Part shown: positions 9,523 to 18,231 of the stretch, in pieces
Layout of the letters: each line of letters opens with the position of its first letter
Numbering within the stretch: the stretch's first letter is position 1
Assembly (NCBI GenBank): GCA_963842885.1
Contig: CAWJIE010000005.1
Location: 96,001-160,000, forward strand
From: an uncultured Nitrososphaerota archaeon
GTDB taxonomy: Archaea > Thermoproteota > Nitrososphaeria > Conexivisphaerales > DTJL01
Direction of reading: 5' to 3'
DNA: 64,000 nucleotides
Translations under genes and position numbers: made by a program
The notes under the pieces: model-generated
What the model was told of the DNA's origin: nothing
The model's database searches: none
Seen by the model: the letters and a program-made list of their open reading frames with translations, nothing else

Positions 9523-11001
9523 TCAAAGCCCCCATTTGCCCCGGTTCAATACCCTATGAGGATCGAATATCCCCTTCATTTTCTTCAACACCTCGTAGCT
9601 CAGCGGGTTTTGCCCGAACACCACGTCGCCGGCTGATCCGTATGGCCTGCTGAAAAAGGCCTCCTTCTGAGCCAGTTTCATCACCGCTTCCTTCTCAAGC
9701 CTGCGCATTAGCTCGACCTCGCTTGGCGTCCCGGGATCGAAGGGGCACATGAGCTCCACGTGGCAGGCATGGTTCTGAATGACAGGTTGTATGTAAACTC
9801 CGACAGACTCCTTCTCAATGGCATTTTTGCCGGCCAGATCAATGAAGACATCTACGAGTCCGGGCGCCCTATCAAGGGTCGTCAGGAAGAACAGGGAAAG
9901 GCAATGTCCTTTCAAACGATGACGCCAGTCAGTTTCGCCGCACGGACGTGTCGCCATATCCAGCAGAACCCTAGCTTGGATATTTCCCTGAGATGTCGTC
10001 ATGCTGAGCCTGTTCCCATTGGCGATGGATTCTATGTCCTTGCGCTGATACTCGACCCTTGACTTGGGCATCCTTTCAAATCCCGCGACGTTCACCAGGC
10101 AGACATAACTGGGAAGTGAGCTCCTTATTGCTTCGAATTGCCCTCCGCCCTGCGCGCTCACGAGCATGGCCGCCGCGGTGCGATCGAGAACAAAGAAATG
10201 CTCCCCTAACCATTGCCTTTGGACGTCGTAGATGAACGGGATCAACGCCAGGAGCGAATCCGCACCGAGAAGGAAAGGATGCTCGAGGGACGGTTTGAGC
10301 TCCGTGCGCATCGTGATCCATGTCACTATGCCCATAGTGCCCTGGGAACCTTGGATGACGCGGTGAAAATCCGTCTGAGATGGGCCCTGAGAGGATTTCT
10401 GGGCACCTCCCACAGCACGCTGCTGCTCAAGCGTCCCGGGACCGCCTGCCGCGCCGGTGCGGAACATCTCTCCGTTCCCGAAAATGAACTCCGTGCTCCC
10501 TACTGGGTCACTGATGTCCCACTGTCTATTTGGCCATATGGTGGGCTCTCGGTCCATCACCGATGCAACGACGCTCTTGCCGATGCGAGGCGAGAGCGGC
10601 ATCGGAACGGTCATTCCATACGGCTCAAGGGCCTTCAGCAATTCTCCGTAGGTAACGCCGGGCTCGATCAGGCAGACACGGTTTCGCCTGTTAATCCAAG
10701 GGATCTGCCTCCATTGGGACAGGTCTATCAAGATGTTCTCTTCCTTTGCCGCAAACCCGCCCTTGCCATGGACGCCCGTGGAGGAGGACACCGTCAGATC
10801 CAGACCGATTTCATTGGCAAGCCGCAACAATCCCTGTAATTCGTCCACTTTGGAAGGGCGGAGTATATAGGAAGGCTTCACCGCCCAATCTATGATAGGA
10901 TTCGATTGTTGAAAAGTGCCGATGTCGTCGGGATCACTGCTGACGGTACCCTCATGCAGAACCGAGCGCAGGCGTTCTCCAAGTTCAGGACCCGAGATCA
11001 C
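9523..11001 (-). CDS. FAD-binding oxidoreductase, VAO/PCMH family (second subunit)
   Basis: IEPGVTYGEL, GSQGTMGIVT, KMKGIFDPHRVLNRGK. Confidence 0.85.
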   Translation of the reverse strand: MISGPELGERLRSVLHEGTVSSDPDDIGTFQQSNPIIDWAVKPSYILRPSKVDELQGLLRLANEIGLDLTVSSSTGVHGKGGFAAKEENILIDLSQWRQIPWINRRNRVCLIEPGVTYGELLKALEPYGMTVPMPLSPRIGKSVVASVMDREPTIWPNRQWDISDPVGSTEFIFGNGEMFRTGAAGGPGTLEQQRAVGGAQKSSQGPSQTDFHRVIQGSQGTMGIVTWITMRTELKPSLEHPFLLGADSLLALIPFIYDVQRQWLGEHFFVLDRTAAAMLVSAQGGGQFEAIRSSLPSYVCLVNVAGFERMPKSRVEYQRKDIESIANGNRLSMTTSQGNIQARVLLDMATRPCGETDWRHRLKGHCLSLFFLTTLDRAPGLVDVFIDLAGKNAIEKESVGVYIQPVIQNHACHVELMCPFDPGTPSEVELMRRLEKEAVMKLAQKEAFFSRPYGSAGDVVFGQNPLSYEVLKKMKGIFDPHRVLNRGKWGL

Positions 11002-12305
11002 ATTCGCTCACCTCGGTCGATCTCTGCGGCCTCGTAAACAAGATCGACGATATCGACAACCGGAAGCAGTGGTTTCTCCAAGGATTGTTGGGACTCGGAC
11101 AGGTTCGCTCTGCAGTGATGACATGCTGTGACCAGACACTCAGCTCCCACATCCACCGCTTCTTCCAAACGGTCAAGAGCCGTTGAGCGCGCTAGATCCG
11201 GATATGCCAAGGGGACCCCGCCACCTCCTCCGCAACAATACGAGTATTCACGAATCCGATGCATCTCGATGAAATCGAGCCCTCTAATCGCACGTAGAAT
11301 CTGACGCGGTGGATCATAGACACCATTCACCCCTCGGTTGATCTCTTTGGGGGGTTCGGTGTAGGTCATGCAACCCCGGGTGACTTTTTGCTCCCCTTTC
11401 CATGTGAGGGGCGGTTCGCTCTGACGTCCAAGGTAACATGGATCGTGATAGGTCACCTTTCGCCTGATAGGATTGGGCAAGCGCAGACGGTTATCAGCTA
11501 TCAACTGCGCCAAGAACTCGGTAATATGCAGGACTTTGGCCTTGGGCGCCCTCGCATACTCAGGATACTTGGAACGGAAAGCTCCCAGGCACGACCCGGA
11601 CAGGACAACGACCGTCCCGATCTTCATATCGTCGAGCATATCCACCAGATGGTTTGCTGTGTTCGCAAAGACATCTCTGTGTCCTGTCCAGTAAGCTGGC
11701 AGCCCGCAGCTCGTTTCATTCTCTCGCAGGATGCCGAAATCCACCTCTGCTTGCTTCAGAAGGATGGCGCACTTTCGGGCTACTTCTGTGGCTCCTGGGT
11801 CGCATCGCATGCAACCCGTAAATAGGAGAATCGGCGCTTCTTGGTTCGGCAATATCTTCAATCCCAGGTCTTCTGCCCAACTCAGACCTTGATCCTCTGT
11901 CCTTCCCTCTGGATTTCCATATTCTTGAAGATTCTTTATCATGGACCGATGGGCAGGCAAAGCAAATCCTTCGTCCACAATGTGCTCTCTGAGCGCCATG
12001 TTCACTGCGTGGCGTTCCGCATCCATGATGAATTTGCAGGAAACATCACAGAGTCCGCATGCAGTGCAGGCGAACGTGATATCAGCAAGCGCTTGATCGA
12101 CCTGGATGCGGCCATTGACCAATGAGAGTGCCATGATGCTCTTGCCTGACCCTGAATATCCATGGAAATGGTACAGGTGGCTGGCTGGGCAACCATCAGC
12201 ATATTTCGGGTTCAGTACCGTTGGTAGTGGCACCATTTTGCACAAAGAGCATCTGATGCACTTCTGCATCTCCGGTTCCAGATCTTTGAGTCTAGACAAG
12301 GACAT
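10998..12305 (-). CDS. Fe-S oxidoreductase, HdrD/GlcF/GlpC-like (4Fe-4S clusters plus CCG domains)
   Basis: CIRCSLC..CP, CTACGLCDVSC, ETSCG, TYHDPCYLGR, YCCGGGGG, TACHHC. Confidence 0.9.
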   Translation of the reverse strand: MSLSRLKDLEPEMQKCIRCSLCKMVPLPTVLNPKYADGCPASHLYHFHGYSGSGKSIMALSLVNGRIQVDQALADITFACTACGLCDVSCKFIMDAERHAVNMALREHIVDEGFALPAHRSMIKNLQEYGNPEGRTEDQGLSWAEDLGLKILPNQEAPILLFTGCMRCDPGATEVARKCAILLKQAEVDFGILRENETSCGLPAYWTGHRDVFANTANHLVDMLDDMKIGTVVVLSGSCLGAFRSKYPEYARAPKAKVLHITEFLAQLIADNRLRLPNPIRRKVTYHDPCYLGRQSEPPLTWKGEQKVTRGCMTYTEPPKEINRGVNGVYDPPRQILRAIRGLDFIEMHRIREYSYCCGGGGGVPLAYPDLARSTALDRLEEAVDVGAECLVTACHHCRANLSESQQSLEKPLLPVVDIVDLVYEAAEIDRGERM

Positions 12306-12589
12306 GCCGTTGCACGTTCCTCTGCTAATGAGCAACTGGCGCCTAAAAGGATATTGGACTCCGCCAGAACGATATTCTTTGGCCGCATTGTGATCGTTTT
12401 AAAGCCTTCCTAAGCCGCTTCACTCTATTCATCATTTGCACCGTTTTGCAAAATAGCGGAAATCTAGAAAGAGGAAAAAGTATGTTACATTTTTTCAATG
12501 CTTTCCGACACGGCGGTTATTGGGTGAGCGGTGGCGACCCGATTTCCCCCGGGGCAGTCAAGAGTCCTTCAGGCCGATCTGTTCTCGGG

Positions 12590-12872
12590 CGAGACTTCAG
12601 GTGCAGATTGCCTGCGCCATCGGTGTGGCGGAGCCCATCTCCGTCTTCGTGACGACCTTCGGCACCGGGAGAATCCCCGACGATAAGATAATGGAGCTGG
12701 TCAAGAAGGACTTCGACCTGCGCCCCGGCATGATCATCAAGCGCTTGGACCTTCTGAGGCCCATCTACAGGAAGACGGCCTGCTCGGGCACTTCGGGAGG
12801 AACGAGCCCGAGTTCACCTGGGAGAGGACAGACGTGGCCGATCATCTGCGGCAGCTGGCTGGACTGAAGTAG
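12590..12872 (+). pseudogene. metK: C-terminal fragment of a bacterial-type S-adenosylmethionine synthetase
   Basis: [47 protein letters not shown], then after a frameshift [15 protein letters not shown]; the N-terminal two thirds are missing. Confidence 0.85.
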
Positions 12873-12933
12873 CACACGGATTCAGCGTAGCTCAGTTCAC
12901 TCCGGGCTGGCCATTAGCGCTGTCGGCGAGCCT

Positions 12934-13929
12934 TCAGAGGTAACCATTATCGCGGTACCATTCTAAGGTCTCGCTTAGTCCATCTCTCAGCCCGAAAGAT
13001 GGCCGATACCCCAGCTCCCTCGTCGCCTTCGCCGAGGAGAAGGCCCGGTCGCAAGTCACCGAGTCCACCGTGCCCGTGCGCCACATGAAGCTCTCCCTCC
13101 CCGCTACAGCGTTGAAGGCCTCGACGGGGGCCATCATCGCCTTCGCCAAGGCCTTGGGAAGGTGCCTGACGGGAGGCTTTCGTCCGCAGAGCTCGGCCAT
13201 TATGGAGTACAGGTCCGTGTACGTCCAAGCATGGTCATCGGTTATGATGTACGTCTGGCCATTGGCCGCCTCGGGGTTTTCTAGGGCTAGGGCGAAGGCG
13301 CTGACCACGTCTCGAACGTGGACGAACTGCACCAGGTTCCTCCCGCTGCCTACGATGAATTTCGTGGCCAAAGAGCCCTTGGCGAAGGATGTGATGAACC
13401 AGTAGGCGACGTCGTCGACGTTCTTGGGGCCGTATACGCCAGACGGACGGATGATGGTCCAGTCGATGCCGTCCGCCGTTGACTCCCTGACCGCCTTCTC
13501 CGCCGCCACCTTGGACCGTCCGTATTCGTAGGAGGGCCTCAGAGGCGTATCCTCGTCGGCCGGGGGCGATTCCACGGGGCCGATGGCCTCCGTGCTGCTG
13601 CAATAGATGAACCTCCTGACGCCGTTGGCGACGCAGGCCCGGAGGAGGGAACGCGTCCCTTCCACGTTCACCTCGTCGTAGAGCTCCCTTTTCCCGAAGA
13701 AGGTGTAGTAGGCGGCAAGGTGGATAACCGCCTCCATACCTTCGGTCGCCACAATGAGGCTCTTTGCATCCGTAAGGTCAGCGATCCTAATCTGCGCGCC
13801 GGCCACGCCATCCGTTGTCGCCTTGCGTGCCATACCGGTTACCTCATGCCCCCGGCGGACCAACTCTTCGACAATGTACCCTCCAATGAAGCCGGTCGCG
13901 CCCGTCACCAATACCTTCGTCGGGCTCAC
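12934..13929 (-). CDS. NAD-dependent epimerase/dehydratase (3beta-HSD/HpnA-like extended SDR)
   Basis: VLVTGATGFIG, VIHLAA, SSTEAIG, YGRSK, RPSGVYGP. Confidence 0.9.
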   Translation of the reverse strand: MSPTKVLVTGATGFIGGYIVEELVRRGHEVTGMARKATTDGVAGAQIRIADLTDAKSLIVATEGMEAVIHLAAYYTFFGKRELYDEVNVEGTRSLLRACVANGVRRFIYCSSTEAIGPVESPPADEDTPLRPSYEYGRSKVAAEKAVRESTADGIDWTIIRPSGVYGPKNVDDVAYWFITSFAKGSLATKFIVGSGRNLVQFVHVRDVVSAFALALENPEAANGQTYIITDDHAWTYTDLYSIMAELCGRKPPVRHLPKALAKAMMAPVEAFNAVAGRESFMWRTGTVDSVTCDRAFSSAKATRELGYRPSFGLRDGLSETLEWYRDNGYL

Positions 13930-14155
13930 CCCAGGAGGACGCGGCCTTCTCGGCTGTGGACGGCGTAAGTAAGGGACAGAGCTAGGTTCACACCATCAAA
14001 CGGCTCGGCGGAGCTCCTCATGTACATGTCCTCGACCGGCGTGACCCGGTAGACGCCTGCTACCCCGCCTTCAAGCATTTCGTCGGGATCGAAGCTCGGC
14101 TGCACGATGCATTGATGCACAACTTGAGTATTAAGCGTGATGGACAGGAGGCCCA

Positions 14156-14171
14156 TTCGCAGGTCCAAGCC
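14156..14171 (+). repeat. 16-bp motif TTCGCAGGTCCAAGCC, copy 1
   Basis: Identical to 14377-14392 and 15178-15193; intergenic. Confidence 0.85.
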
Positions 14172-14255
14172 GACGTCCCTGACCTCCAACGCTTCGGTAC
14201 CAAGACACGTAAGAACGAAGAGTATCAAAGATATGAAGGAAGGAGAGTTGGGAGG

Positions 14256-14345
14256 ATGTGGTACACGAAGACAAGACTGCTCATAGTCATAATCATAATA
14301 GTGGTGGTCACCGCGGCCATTGCCCTATTGAAAAGGTCCGTCTGA
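14256..14345 (+). CDS. Small single-TM peptide (29 aa)
   Basis: MWYTKTRLLIVIIIIVVVTAAIALLKRSV with purine-rich SD-like sequence upstream; lies between motif copies 1 and 2. Confidence 0.5.
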   Translation: MWYTKTRLLIVIIIIVVVTAAIALLKRSV

Positions 14346-14376
14346 AGAGATAGCACCAGATTCAGACATCGATGCT

Positions 14377-14392
14377 TCGCAGGTCCAAGCCG
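14377..14392 (+). repeat. 16-bp motif TTCGCAGGTCCAAGCC, copy 2
   Basis: Exact copy. Confidence 0.85.
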
Positions 14393-14522
14393 AGGCGTCA
14401 CCCGTCAGCGGAGGAATCCCGTCGTTCTTGAACTCGACTGGCCCAATACCTCAATCGATATTAGGAAGGCTGACAACGATTCGGTCAGCAGGTAGATCTC
14501 CTTGGTTGACAGGCCAGCATCC

Positions 14523-15101
14523 ATGAAGTCTAGATACGGCTTGGGCGCGGCGGGAGCACTCTTGCTCTTGGCCGGGACCGTTAACGTCATCTTCAACATG
14601 GTCTCTGAAGGGACATATCCTGGTTACAACCTCGGCACCAACGCTCTGAGCGACATGGGCGCAATCGGCTCGCCAACGTTTCTCCTCTGGAATGGTCAGT
14701 TGCTGGTCACTGGGATCCTCTCATTCATAGGGGTCGTAATATTCCTGCGAAGCTCGGCTCTCCCAATTCCTAACATCAGAACTGCTTGGGTCTTGTATGT
14801 CTTGCCGCCGTTGGGATCAATCATCGTTTCTCTCTTTCCTGAGAATTCGGTTTTGGCCATTCACGCAGTAGGTGCCTTTATGGTCTTTATTTTTGGAGGT
14901 CTTGGGTCTATCTACGCATATAGGTTCACGAAGTCCCCGTTCAGGTATCTATCGGTACTCTTGGGAGCGGTGTCTCTGCTGGCCATATCCCTCTTCGGCA
15001 TTCCGTCGGTCGTCGGCTTTGGCGTCGCAGAGCGCCTGGTCGTGTACTCGTTCAACATCTGGACCATTTGTTTTGCAGGATACCTGATGTCAAGAGAATG
15101 A
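14523..15101 (+). CDS. DUF998 family membrane protein
   Basis: YPGYNLGTNALSDMGA, LFPEN..IHAVGA, GVAERLVVY. Confidence 0.8.
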   Translation: MKSRYGLGAAGALLLLAGTVNVIFNMVSEGTYPGYNLGTNALSDMGAIGSPTFLLWNGQLLVTGILSFIGVVIFLRSSALPIPNIRTAWVLYVLPPLGSIIVSLFPENSVLAIHAVGAFMVFIFGGLGSIYAYRFTKSPFRYLSVLLGAVSLLAISLFGIPSVVGFGVAERLVVYSFNIWTICFAGYLMSRE

Positions 15102-15177
15102 ACAGCTCCACCAGAGGACGATAGGTCTGAATGCGAATTGGGCTACATCGAAATCTTGCCACGAAATCAGCCCATTT

Positions 15178-15193
15178 TTCGCAGGTCCAAGCC
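15178..15193 (+). repeat. 16-bp motif TTCGCAGGTCCAAGCC, copy 3
   Basis: Exact copy. Confidence 0.85.
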
Positions 15194-15250
15194 CACGCCT
15201 TGGGATACCTATTGAAATACTGGTCAGCCTTACAATACTGGGGCGAGTTC

Positions 15251-15670
15251 ATGAGTAGAGCCGGTGACTACAACGCGCAGAACATTGCGGAGTTCCGCAG
15301 GAATCACGGAAAAGTCGGAGGCTACTTCGAGGGAGCTCCGTTGCTGCTGCTCCACACCGTCGGGAGACGCAGCGGCAAACCTCGCACCAACCCGATGATG
15401 TACCTCAAAGACGGGGAGCGTTACGTGGTGTTCGCGTCCAAAGGTGGTGCGGATACCCATCCGGACTGGTACTACAACCTCATGGCCCACGCTGACGTCC
15501 AGATCGAGGTCGGCGACGAGACGATTGACGTGCATGCTGAAGAGATCACCGGCCTTGAACACGACAGAATCTACAGGCGCCAAGCCACCCTCTATCCCCA
15601 GTTCGCCGACTACCAACGCAAGACCAAGAGAATCATCCCAGTCGTCGCTCTCACCAAGAAGAAGAAATAG
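15251..15670 (+). CDS. Deazaflavin (F420)-dependent nitroreductase family protein (Ddn-like)
   Basis: IAEFRRNHGKVGG, LLLHTVGRRSGKPRTNP, FASKGGADTHPDWYYNL, YQRKTKRIIPVV. Confidence 0.9.
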   Translation: MSRAGDYNAQNIAEFRRNHGKVGGYFEGAPLLLLHTVGRRSGKPRTNPMMYLKDGERYVVFASKGGADTHPDWYYNLMAHADVQIEVGDETIDVHAEEITGLEHDRIYRRQATLYPQFADYQRKTKRIIPVVALTKKKK

Positions 15671-15817
15671 AGAGGAAGTTTGTTGAAGTCCCGCCTTGAT
15701 TCAATTAACTTATTGACTTCAATAACATAAAGATGATTAACCTATTGAGAGTCCTCTGTTCGGGCCTAAGCGCTGCACGTCGACCTAATTCATACCTCCG
15801 GATACGAATAGTTCAAT

Positions 15818-15967
15818 TGGTAGCCCGGGAAGGATTCGAACCCTCGTCACCAGGGGTCTCCTCCCAACAGCGCCAAGGAGTCTTGTTCTAGCCCACGGCT
15901 GTCAGGATCCAGAGCCTGGTATCCTTGGCCGCTAGACTCGGCGGCGCACCTGCGCCTCGACCGGGCT
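15818..15967 (-). tRNA. tRNA-Gln(CUG) with two BHB introns (21 nt at 10/11, 15937-15957; 53 nt at 37/38, 15856-15908), CCA encoded
   Basis: Spliced sequence AGCCCGGTCG|TCTAGCGGCCAAGGATACCAGGCTCTGG|CCCTGGTGACGAGGGTTCGAATCCTTCCCGGGCTACCA; A1-U72 pair; each intron has a 4-bp central helix flanked by 3-nt bulges. Confidence 0.92.
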
Positions 15968-16035
15968 TCAGGGCTACCGTATGAACAGGCTTTTTGTAGG
16001 TATAAGTCCTTTTCTGAACGGAAGGTCACCCAAGT

Positions 16036-17166
16036 CTACTGAGACAACTTCATGTATTCGGACACTGCCTTGCCGGTGTCGAACCCTGGAAGTTCAGCCG
16101 TGACCCCTTCGCCGAAGGCGGCCAAGGCGAGGAGGAGTTGGTCCTTTGTGACGTTCCCCATGTGACCCACTCGAATCATGTCGTCCTTGTGCGTGTCAAC
16201 CCCCCTTGCGACCAAGATGTTGTGCCTGGCGAGTATGGACTGGTGTATCTTCGCCGCGTCCTTGACTTTGATCGTCGTTACGGTGGGGCTGGGGTCCCTG
16301 GCCCAGAGCTGGACGCCGCCTTTGACGAGAGCCTCCCTGAAGGCGGAGGACAGGATTGTGTGCCTCTTCCAACGGCTTTCTAGCCCCTCCTCCTTGACCA
16401 TCTCCAATGCCACACGCAGTGCTCGCAGGATCGGCACGGTGGGGGTGGTGACATAGATTTGAGGGTCCTTCATCACCTCTAACCAGTTCTGCAGGTTGAA
16501 ATAGTACGATGGGATCGGTGTCTTCCTCTTCTGGACGAGGTCCACCGCCCGCGTGGACAGGGCCATCAGCATCGCGCCGGGTGGCGCGGCCAGGGCCTTC
16601 TGAGATCCGGCGAAGGCGACGTCCAAGTCCCAGTCGTCGAACCTGAGCTCGGCGCCTCCCAGACCGCAGACGGCGTCGACCAGGGACAGGGCCCCGTGGC
16701 GGCGCGCGACCGAAGCCAGGTCCTTTACGTTGTTGATCACGCCCATGCTCGTCTCGATGTGGGTGATCAGGACAGCCTTGTACGCGTCCTTCGAAAGCAT
16801 TTCGTCGAGGACCTTTGGGTCGGCAGCTTGGCCCTCGGGGGGACTGTAGACGGTGGTCTCCGCTCCGTATATCCTCGAGACGTTCGTGTAGCGCTTGCCA
16901 AAATAACCCAGCTCGATGGAAAGTACCCTGTCACCCTTCTCAAACAGGCTGGCTGCAGAAGATTCTATCCCGAAGGTCCCAGAGCCGGAGAATACGATGA
17001 CGTCCCCCTTGGCCTGAAAGACGTACCTCGTCAGGTCTAGGATCTGCAGGAATTCGTTCTCGAACTCCTTCGATGTGTGCCCCACCATGGGGAGGGACAT
17101 CGCCTGAAGGACGCGAGGATGGAGGTTCGTCGGGCCCGGAATCATGACAAGAGTGGGATCTGCCAT
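16036..17166 (-). CDS. Class V PLP aminotransferase (serine-pyruvate/alanine-glyoxylate type)
   Basis: LVMIPGPT, THIETSMG, VDAV, GSQKALAAPPG, IRVGHMG. Confidence 0.9.
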   Translation of the reverse strand: MADPTLVMIPGPTNLHPRVLQAMSLPMVGHTSKEFENEFLQILDLTRYVFQAKGDVIVFSGSGTFGIESSAASLFEKGDRVLSIELGYFGKRYTNVSRIYGAETTVYSPPEGQAADPKVLDEMLSKDAYKAVLITHIETSMGVINNVKDLASVARRHGALSLVDAVCGLGGAELRFDDWDLDVAFAGSQKALAAPPGAMLMALSTRAVDLVQKRKTPIPSYYFNLQNWLEVMKDPQIYVTTPTVPILRALRVALEMVKEEGLESRWKRHTILSSAFREALVKGGVQLWARDPSPTVTTIKVKDAAKIHQSILARHNILVARGVDTHKDDMIRVGHMGNVTKDQLLLALAAFGEGVTAELPGFDTGKAVSEYMKLSQ

Positions 17167-17207
17167 GTCAGTTGGCACTCAGCCAAGGGTCAGGCTGAGC
17201 CACGGCT

Positions 17208-18173
17208 TTAAGTATTCTCGAGCAGTCGTGGGCGCGCCAAGTCGACCATCCTTTCGACGACCTCCTTGATCCGGACCCCTGGGCCCCCTCCCATGGCGAA
17301 GTTCGGCTCGCCTCCGCCCTTCCCTCCCTGCTCCTCGAGCACGTCGCTGAGCAGCTTGCCGCAATCAAGGTTCACGCCCGGGCTCCTTGCTATCAGCACG
17401 AACGGAGTCCCCTTTTCACTGTACCCCAGGACGAAGAGATTCCTTCCAGATGTGATCGCCCGGCCCACTTCGAAGAGCAGCACCTTGCCCGCCACCGGCC
17501 CAAGATCATAGGCGTAGATCTCCGTCCCTCCGATGGAGCTCGAAGGGTGCAGACTCCGGAACACCCGCGAAGTCAGCTCGCCCACGACCCCCTTCAAGCT
17601 CGAAAGCTCAGCTTCGGCCCGTGCCGATGCCTCCGCGATGAAGTTGTGCCTGCAGTGGAGATGTCGCGCCGCCTCGACCTCGCTGAGGATCGTGCTCCCG
17701 ACCAGCCGCATCGCCTCGCGGCCAGTGACGAACGAGAACTCATAGGAAGAGCCTGCAAGGCTGCGGAAGTCCTCAACGACGAAGAGGGAGGCTGTCGCGG
17801 TGCTTCTCGCGTGGCTGTGGGCGCATGTGGCGGCGTCATATTCGCCAATCTGCACCACCCTGACCTTTCCCTCGAGCCGCTCCTCCCTGGTCCTCAGCCT
17901 GGGAAACGTCCTTCGGGCCTCCTCCACTGATGAGAAGGAAAGCTCCTTGACCGGGAGGTCTGCGGCGATCATCCTGTTCGCCGCCTCCATCGAGTCGACC
18001 AGGGCCTTCCAGTCTAGGCGTGACGCCTTCAGCTTCACCTTGCCGCGGAGCCCCTCCTGTTCCACGACATGGACGGTGAGGTCCACTCCTAGGTCCTGGA
18101 GGCTTCTTATGAACAGGTGTTCAGCTGTGTGTGCAGCCGCCTCCGCTTCGGCATTCGTTCCGGTTTCCATCAC
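17208..18173 (-). CDS. AlaX-like tRNA editing protein with DHHA1 domain
   Basis: HTAEHL and CAHSH zinc-editing motifs; C-terminal GGKGGG..FAMGG. Confidence 0.75.
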   Translation of the reverse strand: MMETGTNAEAEAAAHTAEHLFIRSLQDLGVDLTVHVVEQEGLRGKVKLKASRLDWKALVDSMEAANRMIAADLPVKELSFSSVEEARRTFPRLRTREERLEGKVRVVQIGEYDAATCAHSHARSTATASLFVVEDFRSLAGSSYEFSFVTGREAMRLVGSTILSEVEAARHLHCRHNFIAEASARAEAELSSLKGVVGELTSRVFRSLHPSSSIGGTEIYAYDLGPVAGKVLLFEVGRAITSGRNLFVLGYSEKGTPFVLIARSPGVNLDCGKLLSDVLEEQGGKGGGEPNFAMGGGPGVRIKEVVERMVDLARPRLLENT

Positions 18174-18231
18174 GGTGATGGGGGAACGGGGGGTAATATG
18201 AGCTACGCTCGCCAGTCGCAGAGATGTATAC

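Larger units (their letters stand above)
2781..15840. mobile_element. Putative tRNA-Gln-anchored genomic island / tandem integration region (no integrase visible)
   Basis: Direct repeat of the tRNA 3' end at 2781 and 15821, an internal degenerate copy at 6335, accessory cargo and gene remnants. Confidence 0.6.

Noticed and set aside
12500-12590. Possible tRNA-like or riboswitch sequence before the metK fragment
   Set aside because: No cloverleaf, T-loop or SAM-riboswitch consensus could be built.
14156-15193. Three 16-bp repeats as a CRISPR array
   Set aside because: Spacing is 221 and 801 bp with whole genes in between; the repeat is too short and no cas genes are present.
15968-15976. Third tRNA intron near position 3/4 (AGCCCTGA duplication)
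   Set aside because: It would be only 8 nt with no BHB; treated as leader instead.
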